From assembly GCA_009839835.1 (NCBI GenBank), contig VXOY01000010.1, positions 4,025 to 68,024 of the forward strand: a stretch of 64,000 nt of DNA, given 5' to 3'. Made by a program: the position numbers and the translations under genes. Below are positions 19,513 through 32,103 of this stretch, piece after piece. The first letter of the stretch is position 1, and each line of letters begins with the position of its first letter. This DNA comes from Candidatus Spechtbacteria bacterium SB0662_bin_43 (lineage in GTDB: Bacteria > Patescibacteriota > Minisyncoccia > Spechtbacterales > 2-12-FULL-38-22). The notes under the pieces are model-generated. The model was not told the origin of the DNA. It did not search any database and saw only the letters and a list, made by a program, of their open reading frames with translations.

Positions 19513-19529
19513 TGGCAGGATGATTATTT

Positions 19530-20234
19530 ATGGATTCTGTATATCAAATTTTTGATTATTTACCGATTAGATATCAGATAGACAGCGATTTTGATTATTT
19601 TGAATTTCTCAAAAACTCAGTAGAACAAAATTATCACATAGAGAATTATCATTTTGCAAGCATTGCACTCCACATGGTGTTTATGGGGATTGTATACCAT
19701 CACCTTTATATCTTGACTTGTGAGAGTGGTGGAAGACGAGATGCTCTGTTAAGAGATTCTAAGAAGATTCGTAATCAATACAATAAAAGAGGGAAAGTAT
19801 TGTCTTGGCAAAATTTTTCATCAGAAAATGAGCGTAGTGTTTTTAAATTCTTGAAGACTGTTGGAGCAAAAAATGATATGATTGATCAGTTGAAGCAGTT
19901 AGTTGATCAACGCAATGACTTAGTCCATACCAACGGATCGCTTTTGCAAGATCAGGTGCTTTTCGATGAGAAGGCAAATGACTATTTGCAAGGTATTAAA
20001 AATATCCACTATGTTTGTAGAGAGGAATATAAAAATTTATTTTTGAAGTTCTTGAATGAACTTCAATTTGATATTGAGGATATTCAGGATGCCGAGATGT
20101 ATCTTGAAAATTTCATTCGTAAATATGCTGTTAGCAGAAATTTACTTTCACATCTCGGAGATATAGTGCCAAAGAGTAGATATCTCCAAGGAACCCAATT
20201 ACTGTATAGTATTATTCAGGACAGGGGTTTGTGA
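19530..20234 (+). CDS. Hypothetical 234-aa protein, possible HEPN-like (R-x4-H) Abi-type component; 18 nt after hsdMS stop
   Basis: Soluble, helical-looking sequence. Single R-x4-H motif QRNDLVHT. Operonic spacing with hsdMS. No firm family call. Confidence 0.55.
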   Translation: MDSVYQIFDYLPIRYQIDSDFDYFEFLKNSVEQNYHIENYHFASIALHMVFMGIVYHHLYILTCESGGRRDALLRDSKKIRNQYNKRGKVLSWQNFSSENERSVFKFLKTVGAKNDMIDQLKQLVDQRNDLVHTNGSLLQDQVLFDEKANDYLQGIKNIHYVCREEYKNLFLKFLNELQFDIEDIQDAEMYLENFIRKYAVSRNLLSHLGDIVPKSRYLQGTQLLYSIIQDRGL

Positions 20235-20362
20235 TATAATAAGTGCCAGTCATCTTATCATTAATTTAATACGTTCTTTAAAAGCGATAAATTTATTTTG
20301 CGATATAATAAGAAGATGGTGTGTTATCTAGAGACGACGAGAGATACTAAATTAGAGTCATT

Positions 20363-22081
20363 ATGAGGTATACAAAATTTACAATTCAGAACTATAAGGG
20401 AATAGTTGGTCCGCTTATTGTTGATACTCATAAAATATCCCTCATGCCAATTATTGGAGTCAATGAGTGTGGTAAAACTACAATTTTGCAGGCAATTTTC
20501 GGTTTTGATTATTCTAATGATGTTTTCAATAAGACTGTTCAGCATTTGGAGGATATACATAATTTATATGAAACTAGTGATCAAACTCCCATCATCAGTG
20601 CGGAGATTGAGATAACAAATGATGAAATAAAAGATATTTTGGAAGAATTAGTTAATGATAATCAATGGTCTGATAAGGCACAGGCATATTTAGGATACTG
20701 TAAAGATATAAGTTTTACGTTTGCTATTGATAGAAATATGAGGACACGCAAGTATAATATTAAGTATAGGAAATTTACAGACAAAAATTTTAATCATGTA
20801 TTTGCTAAATCCATTATAGAAAAACTACCTTTCATTCTTTTCTTTGATGATTTTCGTGATAATATAGAAGAAAAAATTGAGATTAAAAAAGATTCTGACG
20901 GTAATCTCAGTGGATGGCTTGCGATAGTAGATCGCCTCTTTCGGGTTGCAGATGAAAATTTTGATATCCTACAGCTACCTAGCCTGGAGGAACGTAAGCA
21001 AAAAACAATTTTGGCCGCAGTAAATAAATTACTTAATGACACTCTAACACAAGAATGGCAGAATTTTAGACTTGATGACAAAGAGGCCCTGGAAATACAA
21101 GTGGACTATAAGCAGGAATCGGAGATGGTGGCGAATGGACAACCCGTACATAGGCACTTTGTGAGGTTTGATGTCGTAGAGAAAGATAAGGATGGCTATA
21201 AACATTTCTTTTTCGTTAGAAATCGTAGCAAGGGATTTTTCTGGTTTTTTAACTTTGTGATGAAATTGGAGTTCAATCCTAAATTAGTAGATAGTGCAGA
21301 AGGTGCAATTTATTTATTGGATGAACCAGGATCGTATCTGCATGCATCCGCACAAACAAAGCTATGCGAGAAATTGAAGTCATTGTCTGGTACCAATATA
21401 GTTTTGTACTGCACCCATTCTCATTATCTTCTTGATCCTAACGTAATACCATTCAACAACATCAAGGTGGCAGAGAAGAATCCCAGAAATTTTGCAATAA
21501 GGTTATTTCCCATTCATCAAGCTAGTGTATCTAGGAAAAATTCCAGATCAGCATTTCAGCCAATCATGGATGCACTCAAGATTAACCCCTTCGCACTAGA
21601 TATTAATCCTAATGAATGTGTGCTGATTGTTGAAGGTATAGATGATCATTATGCTTTTGAGATGTTGAAGGGCGATAGAAACGTTAAAATCCTGCCAGGA
21701 GTAGGAGCAGATTCTATACGGTATTTCATTTCACTAATGATTGCGTGGGGAGTTGATTATAGAGCATTGTGGGATAATGATCCAGTTGGGGCAAAAGCGA
21801 AAAAATCGGCAGGAGAGTTTTTCGGCGAAGTTGAATATAAAGATAAATTTTATTTGCTCCCACACGAAAATACCAAAAAGAAAAAGACCATTCTCCAAGA
21901 TTTATTTGATGGAGATGACATTTCCATCATTAAAAAAGAGCTGAGTTTACCCAAAAATACATCATTTAGTAGAGTTATCCAATCTTTATTTCATTCTGAC
22001 AAAAGACAACATGTTTTAAAGAAAGTATCTAAAAAAACAAAAGATAATTTTAAAAGAGTATTTATGATACTGAGTCTTTAA
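20363..22081 (+). CDS. OLD-family ATP-dependent endonuclease (ABC-type ATPase + Toprim)
   Basis: Walker A GVNECGKTT, Walker B/D-loop AIYLLDEPGSYLHASAQ, H-loop YCTHSHY. C-terminal Toprim VLIVEGIDDHYAFE ... ALWDNDPVG. 572 aa, like P2 Old / GajA. Confidence 0.8.
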   Translation: MRYTKFTIQNYKGIVGPLIVDTHKISLMPIIGVNECGKTTILQAIFGFDYSNDVFNKTVQHLEDIHNLYETSDQTPIISAEIEITNDEIKDILEELVNDNQWSDKAQAYLGYCKDISFTFAIDRNMRTRKYNIKYRKFTDKNFNHVFAKSIIEKLPFILFFDDFRDNIEEKIEIKKDSDGNLSGWLAIVDRLFRVADENFDILQLPSLEERKQKTILAAVNKLLNDTLTQEWQNFRLDDKEALEIQVDYKQESEMVANGQPVHRHFVRFDVVEKDKDGYKHFFFVRNRSKGFFWFFNFVMKLEFNPKLVDSAEGAIYLLDEPGSYLHASAQTKLCEKLKSLSGTNIVLYCTHSHYLLDPNVIPFNNIKVAEKNPRNFAIRLFPIHQASVSRKNSRSAFQPIMDALKINPFALDINPNECVLIVEGIDDHYAFEMLKGDRNVKILPGVGADSIRYFISLMIAWGVDYRALWDNDPVGAKAKKSAGEFFGEVEYKDKFYLLPHENTKKKKTILQDLFDGDDISIIKKELSLPKNTSFSRVIQSLFHSDKRQHVLKKVSKKTKDNFKRVFMILSL

Positions 22082-22249
22082 TGTTTGTCTTGTGGAATAC
22101 GTGTGGAAGGATTGGGTATTGTATATTTTGGTGGTGTGATGTATAATGATTGAACCGAAATGTACAAGGTATATTTTGGTGTTCTTTGAAAATTGAATAC
22201 GAGTAAATAGTTATACAACAACCATTTATAGTTGTTTCGAATATTTTTT

Positions 22250-23707
<1,458 letters not shown>

Positions 23708-24031
23708 ACATTTTTTTGTAGTTTTTTTCTTTTCTCTATCTTTTTTGAAAAGAGGAAAATGAAGTTGTCGACCAGATAGTATGTTTTGTGTAGTAGTGAT
23801 TTTCCATTGTTCTTTGATGATGGAATTTGATCTACGAACACAACACGTACAACAGCGATGAGGCAGGAATGGTACTTTCATATTCGTATGAAAGTACCAT
23901 TCCTTGCCTTGTCTCTGTATGCTGAAATGAGGGAAAGCATTTTCTTTCTCTGCTTGTAGGCAAGCTACACAGGAGTATGAACCTGTATTTCATATAATAT
24001 TCGGAACAACTATGAGTGGTTGTGTAACCTC

Positions 24032-24061
24032 AAAAAACCCTGATTTTATCAGGGTTTTTTG
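24032..24061. terminator. Bidirectional Rho-independent terminator
   Basis: caaaaaaccctga-tttta-tcagggtttttt. Confidence 0.6.
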
Positions 24062-24144
24062 AGAACAGAGATTTATTTGATAGAGTGCAATATGCCCAAA
24101 TTATATTTTGGTGTTTTCAGAAAGGTAGTATATGATAAATGTGA

Positions 24145-24846
24145 TTGAACGCCACGCGACAGAAAGGATCTCTGATGAAGTTCGCGGTTGTTGTTTTTCC
24201 GGGAACGTGGAGTGACTGGGATTGCGTTTACGCCTTACAAGATTTAGGTCAGACAGCAGAGCGGGTCTGGCATCAAGAGTCAGCGCTTGACGACTATGAT
24301 GGAGTCATTTTACCGGGTGGCTTCTCGTACGGCGATCACCTTCGTTGTGGCGCAATAGCAAAGTTCTCGCCAGTGATGTCCGCTGTTGAACGATTTGCCA
24401 TGACTGGCAGACCGATTCTCGGTATCTGTAATGGCTTCCAGATTCTGTGCGAGGCAGGCTTGTTGCCTGGAGCATTGCTTCGTAACGCGTCGTTGCAATT
24501 CCGCTGTCAGCCGCAGAAATTGACGGTTGAGCGATTGGATACTGGATTCACTAACCTTTGTCAGCCAAGGCAGATCGTCCAAGTTCCAATCTCGCACGGT
24601 GAAGGGCAGTATTTCGCTCCAGAATCTGTACTGGATGAGCTTGAGGAAGACGACCGTGTTCTGTTCCGCTATACAGATGGTAACCCTAATGGATCGCTCC
24701 GTGACATTGCTGGAATCATGAATTCAATGGGCAATGTACTCGGCATGATGCCGCACCCCGAACGCGCGTCTGACGAATTACTTGGCGGAACCGATGGCAA
24801 CTGCATCTGGCGATCAATAATTCAGGAGTGGGGCAGCGATGGCTGA
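24145..24846 (+). CDS. purQ: Phosphoribosylformylglycinamidine synthase I (glutaminase subunit); likely start at Met 24175
   Basis: MKFAVVVFPGT...GVILPGGFSYGD...GICNGFQIL (catalytic Cys)...HGEG...MMPHPER. GC-rich, GAAAGGAT leader. Confidence 0.85.
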   Translation: MNATRQKGSLMKFAVVVFPGTWSDWDCVYALQDLGQTAERVWHQESALDDYDGVILPGGFSYGDHLRCGAIAKFSPVMSAVERFAMTGRPILGICNGFQILCEAGLLPGALLRNASLQFRCQPQKLTVERLDTGFTNLCQPRQIVQVPISHGEGQYFAPESVLDELEEDDRVLFRYTDGNPNGSLRDIAGIMNSMGNVLGMMPHPERASDELLGGTDGNCIWRSIIQEWGSDG

Positions 24847-24872
24847 TAAGGCATCTCTGCTTCAGCTTAAAA

Positions 24873-24920
24873 ATCCCCCGTCAAAGCAAAAATCTTTGCT
24901 GGAGCGGGGGCGTTATTTTT
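24873..24920. terminator. Terminator hairpin after purQ
   Basis: cccccg...cggggg stem with inner gcaaa/tttgc, followed by cgttattttt. Confidence 0.45.
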
Positions 24921-25024
24921 GACGGGAATACTATAAGTCTACTAACTATGAGTGATTATTTTTGGGGTATTGACAGGTTATATATATATTATAATGTGGA
25001 TATATCATTAAACAGATACTAATC

Positions 25025-25585
25025 ATGAAAAATAAAAACCTACTTTTTGCATTGGCTGGACTTATTCTTGTTGCTGTTATTGTGAGTGTTGTTATGGCTG
25101 TGATGGGTGAGGATGATGAAGATACTAATGAAAATGTTGCTGCTACACAAGATACGGTTGGCTCGGATACTAAGAACCTGAGTGACATTTATGCAAAGTT
25201 TCCTGATTTTGATATAGTGTTGAATAAATCGGGTATCACGGAGGAACAACGAGAGAATGCTATACGAAACACACGAACGTTTATTGCTTTGTGTGATGAG
25301 ATATATGGATCTATAGAGAGGGCAAGTGGCTTGGAGGCGAGTCAATTGTATAGCATAGGTAGACTTCTTCACAACGATAACTATACGCACCCACAAGCAT
25401 TATTCTGTGCTCGAATCACTGCCCCTCCTTCGTACTTCGGTACGTACAAATACGATAATCAACTGGTATCTCTTGAGTATAATGAGCAAGGTGAAACAAG
25501 TATATACGATGTTTGGGAAGAGATAGAGGCATTTCCAGAATACGGCTATGATACCAGTCGGTACATACAGTATATAGGATTTTAG
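25025..25585 (+). CDS. Hypothetical membrane-anchored protein
   Basis: MKNKNLLFALAGLILVAVIVSVVMAVMG anchor, then acidic stretch; no family. Confidence 0.55.
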   Translation: MKNKNLLFALAGLILVAVIVSVVMAVMGEDDEDTNENVAATQDTVGSDTKNLSDIYAKFPDFDIVLNKSGITEEQRENAIRNTRTFIALCDEIYGSIERASGLEASQLYSIGRLLHNDNYTHPQALFCARITAPPSYFGTYKYDNQLVSLEYNEQGETSIYDVWEEIEAFPEYGYDTSRYIQYIGF

Positions 25586-25602
25586 CGTATGCAAATATAT
25601 CC

Positions 25603-25631
25603 TAAAAACCCTGATTTTATAAGGGTTTTTA
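25603..25631. terminator. Bidirectional Rho-independent terminator (same aaaaccctg...cagggtttt family as 7237 and 24032)
   Basis: aaaaaccct-gattttata-agggttttt. Confidence 0.6.
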
Positions 25632-25974
25632 GATAATTGCGGGCTTTGTGTTTTAAAAACGTCAAACCCCTACCGCTTCGGGTAGGGGTTGGTTGCTGCG
25701 CTGTTGCCTGCGGGTGTTGCCGACTGTTGCGAATCCTTTTGGGAAGGCAACTGGTTTGCGTTCGCAGACGCGCGTTCTTGCTGCCTGCGACGCTTCCGCC
25801 GTTGTCGGCGTCGCATTCCTTCGCCTCCTGCTGCCATTGTGATACCTCCTTGGTTGCGAGCAGTGGTTATTCACATTATAGCATATAAATATATTTTGTC
25901 AAGTACAGGCATTGACAACGTACAGATATAGTGTGAAAATATTACTATACAATATACGATTAAGTACTTATAGT

Positions 25975-26058
25975 ATGAAAAACATGAATCGCAGGAATAT
26001 CATCCTTGGTCTTATTGGGTTCGCTGTGCTTGTTAGTATAGCGATGATGATATTTTAA
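25975..26058 (+). CDS. Putative 27-aa hydrophobic peptide, paralogous to the N-terminus of the 25025 protein
   Basis: MKNMNRRNIILGLIGFAVLVSIAMMIF vs MKNKNLLFALAGLILVAVIVSVVMAVM. Preceded by TTGACA ~55 nt upstream, as for the 25025 gene. Confidence 0.3.
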   Translation: MKNMNRRNIILGLIGFAVLVSIAMMIF

Positions 26059-26083
26059 GGCTGATAATTTTTTCTCTTTTAGA

Positions 26084-26118
26084 TAAATAAAAGCGACCCG
26101 TTGCAGTGTGGGTCGCCT
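26084..26118 (-). terminator. Rho-independent terminator for the minus-strand atp / carbonic-anhydrase-like transcription unit
   Basis: On minus strand: gcgacccacactgcaacgggtcgc followed by ttttatttat. Confidence 0.55.
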
Positions 26119-26160
26119 ATGGTTGAGGTGCTGATACCTTTTAATAAGTGCGAGTTACGC

Positions 26161-26721
26161 CTATGGTTTGGACGAGACGATTTTTCTCATAACAACGCTG
26201 TCTGGATGCTGCATACTGTGTCCATCTGCGATGTAGAGGTGGGGTGTTACTGCGTCCAGATATGGAGTCATTGCTTCTTGCAGGAAGTCCTTGACACTTA
26301 GCAGGTCTCTCTTCTGTTGCTGCATTTCGCAGTACCGCTTTGGAATACGGTAGCCTCCGCAGTTGGTGTGGCAGAAGAGGTATAGGTGCTGGATGTTGTG
26401 CAGTGTGCTTGCTACTTCAAGGGCATCTATTGTGGTAACCAACGCCCTTGTTGCACGGGAAATCTTTACTGCGTCTACTGTTTGCGAGTCGCGCGGATTG
26501 ATGAGGTTGGTCGTAGCGTACGCAAGAATGCCTGCTCCTCCTGGAATGCTCAGGAATGAGTCAAACGAGCCTGGGTGCTTTGCTTGGATGAACTGATGGA
26601 TCGCTGCATGGAATCGCGGGTCAATGCACGACACAACAAATGCGTCTGAACTGTGCGAGTTCATTCGTTCTCGCGCAACAGGAAGTACTGCTTCGCTCAC
26701 TATCACGTTGCGTCCTTTCAC
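26161..26721 (-). CDS. Beta-class carbonic anhydrase-like protein
   Basis: VVSCIDPRF (C-x-D-x-R) and FCHTNCGGY (H-x-x-C-G) zinc-ligand blocks. 4-nt overlap with the atpC stop. Confidence 0.6.
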   Translation of the reverse strand: MKGRNVIVSEAVLPVARERMNSHSSDAFVVSCIDPRFHAAIHQFIQAKHPGSFDSFLSIPGGAGILAYATTNLINPRDSQTVDAVKISRATRALVTTIDALEVASTLHNIQHLYLFCHTNCGGYRIPKRYCEMQQQKRDLLSVKDFLQEAMTPYLDAVTPHLYIADGHSMQHPDSVVMRKIVSSKP

Positions 26722-26960
26722 GCAAGGAGGATGGTTGCTTGTCCGTCTGCAAGCTCAAAGATGCCTCGGTCTGGCACCTCTATGAACTGAGGTTCGTGCT
26801 CCTTGCTTTTGAGGACTATAACTCCTTTTTGTATGTTTGTCAAAAGAGGGAGGTGGTGGGGAAGGATAGTGAATTGTCCCTCTGTTCCTGGTGCGGTAAT
26901 GCTCTGTACCTCTCCTTTGTAGAGCGTTTTTTGCAGAGTAAGGATGTGGGTAGGGATCAT
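26718..26960 (-). CDS. atpC: F-type ATP synthase epsilon subunit (short, beta-sandwich domain only)
   Basis: LQKTLYKGEVQSITAPGTEGQFTILPHHLPLLT matches the epsilon N-domain; last gene of the atp operon. Confidence 0.8.
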   Translation of the reverse strand: MIPTHILTLQKTLYKGEVQSITAPGTEGQFTILPHHLPLLTNIQKGVIVLKSKEHEPQFIEVPDRGIFELADGQATILLA

Positions 26961-26965
26961 ACTAT

Positions 26966-29301
<2,336 letters not shown>

Positions 29302-29304
29302 AGA

Positions 29305-30861
29305 TTAGTGAGCGTTTTGCAAGAATGTTTGGTTGAATTCTTGGATGAGTGTTTTGATTTTCGCCTCCAAATTCTGGTCTATAGCACCTTTTTGTTGTAG
29401 TTCGTTCTGGACAGGTTTGCCAACACCAGACGCGTACTCAATGAATTGTTTCTCCCATTGCTGGATTGTATTGGTTGGAATGTCATCGATCAAGCCGTTG
29501 ATACCTGCGTAGAGAACGAGCACTTGCGCGTACCACGGCAAGGGTTTGTTCAAGGGTTGCTTGAGGAGTTCTGATAGTTGCTCTCCTCGTTTCAGGCGGT
29601 CTTGTGTCTCTTGGTCTAAGTCAGACCCGAACTGAGCAAACGAGGCAAGTTCGCGGTACTGCGCCAGTTCCAATCGGAGCGTTCCAGCAACCGATTTCAT
29701 TGCTTTTGTTTGTGCAGACGATCCAACACGAGACACCGATAGCCCTACGTTTAGGGCAGGACGCAGCCCTTTGTAAAAAAGGTCTGGTTCTAAATATATC
29801 TGCCCATCGGTTATTGATATGACGTTGGTTGGGATGTAGCTGGAAACATCTCCTGCTTGGGTTTCTATCACAGGGATTGCAGTGAGGGAACCGCCTCCTT
29901 TTTCATCGCTGAGTTTTGCTGCGCGTTCCAGTAGGCGAGAGTGGAGGTAAAAGACGTCTCCAGGGTATGCTTCTCGTCCTGGTGGTCGACGGAGGAGTAA
30001 TGAGAGTTCGCGGTACGCCCAGGCGTGTTTTGTGAGGTCGTCATAAAACACAACTGCGTGGCGACCATTGTCCCTGAAATACTCTCCAAGCGTGGCTCCT
30101 GTGTAGGGTGCGATATATTGTACGGCAGGGCTCACAGACGCTGGCGCTGAGACAATAATGGTGTACGCCATTGCGTTGCGCGAACGGAGTGTCTCTGCTA
30201 TGCGCGCAACCCGCGATGCTTTTTGACCAATCGCAACATAGATACAGATAGGGCGAGATTCTTGAGGTTCGTTCAGTTGGCTCAAAATTGTGTCAATAAT
30301 GAGGGTTGTCTTCCCAATCTGCTTATCTCCGATAATGAGTTCCCGCTGCCCTCGTCCGATAGGGATCATCGCGTCTATTGCTTTGATACCTGTTTGGAGT
30401 GGTTCGTGCACACTTTTTCTTTCAAGAACGCTCGGAGCATCTTTTTCTATAGGAGAGGTTTGCGATGCACCAATGGATTTCCCTTCAAGAGAGATACCGA
30501 GTGGATCTATGATGTGTCCTACAAGTTCGTCTCCAACAGGTACTTCCAGCACTCGTTCTGTTGTTTTTGCCGTGTCTCCAACGCGGAGCTGGTGTGCGTC
30601 CCCAAGAATAACAACATCTACCTGTTGCTCCTTCAAGTTGAGCGCCATACCAAAGAGAACGTTATCGTTCGGTATATTTTCTGGTGCTGTACCTGCGGTT
30701 TCTGGGTAGAGTGCGACCATCTCGTTGGCGCGTACATTATCCAATCCGCTAATCGTTGCTATTCCATCTGTTATTCGTTCAATTGTTCCAATAGATTCGG
30801 TTGCGATTCCTGTAATTCCTGAAAGTTCTTTTTTGAGTTGTTCAATAATAAAGTCTGACAT
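29305..30861 (-). CDS. atpA: F-type ATP synthase alpha subunit
   Basis: [10 protein letters not shown]-loop variant; 518 aa. Confidence 0.95.
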   Translation of the reverse strand: MSDFIIEQLKKELSGITGIATESIGTIERITDGIATISGLDNVRANEMVALYPETAGTAPENIPNDNVLFGMALNLKEQQVDVVILGDAHQLRVGDTAKTTERVLEVPVGDELVGHIIDPLGISLEGKSIGASQTSPIEKDAPSVLERKSVHEPLQTGIKAIDAMIPIGRGQRELIIGDKQIGKTTLIIDTILSQLNEPQESRPICIYVAIGQKASRVARIAETLRSRNAMAYTIIVSAPASVSPAVQYIAPYTGATLGEYFRDNGRHAVVFYDDLTKHAWAYRELSLLLRRPPGREAYPGDVFYLHSRLLERAAKLSDEKGGGSLTAIPVIETQAGDVSSYIPTNVISITDGQIYLEPDLFYKGLRPALNVGLSVSRVGSSAQTKAMKSVAGTLRLELAQYRELASFAQFGSDLDQETQDRLKRGEQLSELLKQPLNKPLPWYAQVLVLYAGINGLIDDIPTNTIQQWEKQFIEYASGVGKPVQNELQQKGAIDQNLEAKIKTLIQEFNQTFLQNAH

Positions 30862-30866
30862 ACCTT

Positions 30867-31250
30867 TTAACGTGTTAAGGCGTATTCAAGCTGTTTTGTT
30901 GCCCGCGACAGAGTGGCATAAAAAACAAGGTTATTTTTCTGTACCACAACGCCTGCAATACAGTGTGGATTTTCTGTGAACGAGTACGTTCCTCTTCCAA
31001 AGTGCTGCCGTATTGTGTTTTTTTCCTGCTCTGTTAATCCGTGTGCTGTGGTAACACGGATGGTTTGTTGTTTTTTGCGTTGCTCCTTGAGTCGTGCGAG
31101 TTCTTTGATGATGTGCGGTAGGAGTGCTGTGGTGCGTTCTTTTTTGAGTAACGCAACAACATTTTTTAATGTCGTTTGTTGCTGTTGCTCGTTTTGTTGT
31201 TGCGACAGTTCGTCAAGAGCGATCGCGTATTGTTGTGCTGAGTAGGGCAT
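30867..31250 (-). CDS. atpH: F-type ATP synthase delta (OSCP) subunit, short form
   Basis: 127 aa. Position between b and alpha. Weak sequence signal, call by synteny. Confidence 0.65.
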   Translation of the reverse strand: MPYSAQQYAIALDELSQQQNEQQQQTTLKNVVALLKKERTTALLPHIIKELARLKEQRKKQQTIRVTTAHGLTEQEKNTIRQHFGRGTYSFTENPHCIAGVVVQKNNLVFYATLSRATKQLEYALTR

Positions 31251-31256
31251 ACAATG

Positions 31257-31766
31257 TTATGTGTTGTATAGTTGTGCCACCCTTTTTACTGACCGTTCGT
31301 AAATCTGTTGGCGTACATCGTCGTCAACAGATTCTTGTAAGATCTTTTCAAGGGCAGGGATGAGGAATTTTGCGGTCTGTTTTTCTACATCTCGCGTCAT
31401 CTCTTGTTTTTCTGCGGCAATTTCTGTTCTGGCTCTTGCGAAGAGTGCGTCAATCTCTTCCTGCGTTTTTATGAGTTGCTTTTCTCTATCTTGGTTCGCG
31501 GTTGTCTTTGCTTGAGCGATAATTTTTCGCGCTTCGTCTCGCGCTTTAATCAGTTGTTCCTCGTGGTACGTTCGTAGGTTTTCCATCTGTTCGTCAATTT
31601 CCTCTGCTTTTTGGAGCGAGGTTTCTATGGTGTCTCTTCTTTCGTTGAGAACCCGAAACAGCGGTTTATACGTAAAGTGTGTCAGGATAAGCAAAAGAAT
31701 CAAATAGTTTATCGTTTGTGCGAGGAACAACATCTCATTAAGACGGAACTTGTCGAGGATTTCCAT
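31257..31766 (-). CDS. atpF: F-type ATP synthase subunit b
   Basis: N-terminal TM helix followed by long charged coiled coil (EEQLIKARDEARKIIAQAK). Confidence 0.8.
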   Translation of the reverse strand: MEILDKFRLNEMLFLAQTINYLILLLILTHFTYKPLFRVLNERRDTIETSLQKAEEIDEQMENLRTYHEEQLIKARDEARKIIAQAKTTANQDREKQLIKTQEEIDALFARARTEIAAEKQEMTRDVEKQTAKFLIPALEKILQESVDDDVRQQIYERSVKRVAQLYNT

Positions 31767-31771
31767 ACAAT

Positions 31772-31987
31772 TTAGCCGAATTTAATTATAAGTGCAACTA
31801 CTAATGCATAAATAGCGATAGCTTCTGCGAATGCGATCGCTAATATCATAGCAGTTTGAATTTTTGGAGCTGCTTCAGGGTTGCGTCCAATAGCGCTCAT
31901 TGCGTGAGCTGCCATATAACCGATTGCTAATGCGGGCCCTAATGCACCGATGCCAATAGCGAAAGCCATTGAGAAATTTGGATCCAT
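31772..31987 (-). CDS. atpE: F-type ATP synthase subunit c
   Basis: 71 aa, two TM helices, GRNPE loop and conserved acidic residue in AFAEAIAIYALVVALI. Confidence 0.9.
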   Translation of the reverse strand: MDPNFSMAFAIGIGALGPALAIGYMAAHAMSAIGRNPEAAPKIQTAMILAIAFAEAIAIYALVVALIIKFG

Positions 31988-32045
31988 AATGTGTTGTTAT
32001 ACAAGTATATATATATACTTGTATAGGGTAATTAGTTGATAATAA

Positions 32046-32103
32046 GCCTTCGCATTTGAAGGCTTCTCTATGGTGTTGAGACGCTCAACACCATAGAGAA
32101 GCC
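32046..32103 (-). promoter_or_regulatory. Two overlapping, mutually exclusive hairpins in the atpB-atpE spacer (candidate attenuator / processing / stability element)
   Basis: gccttc-gcattt-gaaggc (32046-63) overlaps the 20-bp stem ggcttctctatggtgttgag-acg-ctcaacaccatagagaagcc (32061-32103), which abuts the atpB stop. Further upstream (TA)n palindrome acaagtatatatatatacttgt at 32001-22. Confidence 0.45.

Noticed and set aside
20363-22081. Calling the OLD-family gene GajA of a Gabija system.
   Set aside because: No UvrD-like helicase (GajB) gene is adjacent. The downstream neighbour is the 16S rRNA gene and the upstream neighbour is a 234-aa non-helicase protein.
25637-25931. Plus-strand Cys-rich ORFs (83 and 80 aa) in the GC-rich spacer.
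   Set aside because: They are overlapping alternative frames of a GC-rich, hairpin-dense region with no start context. They are treated only as part of the unexplained structured block.
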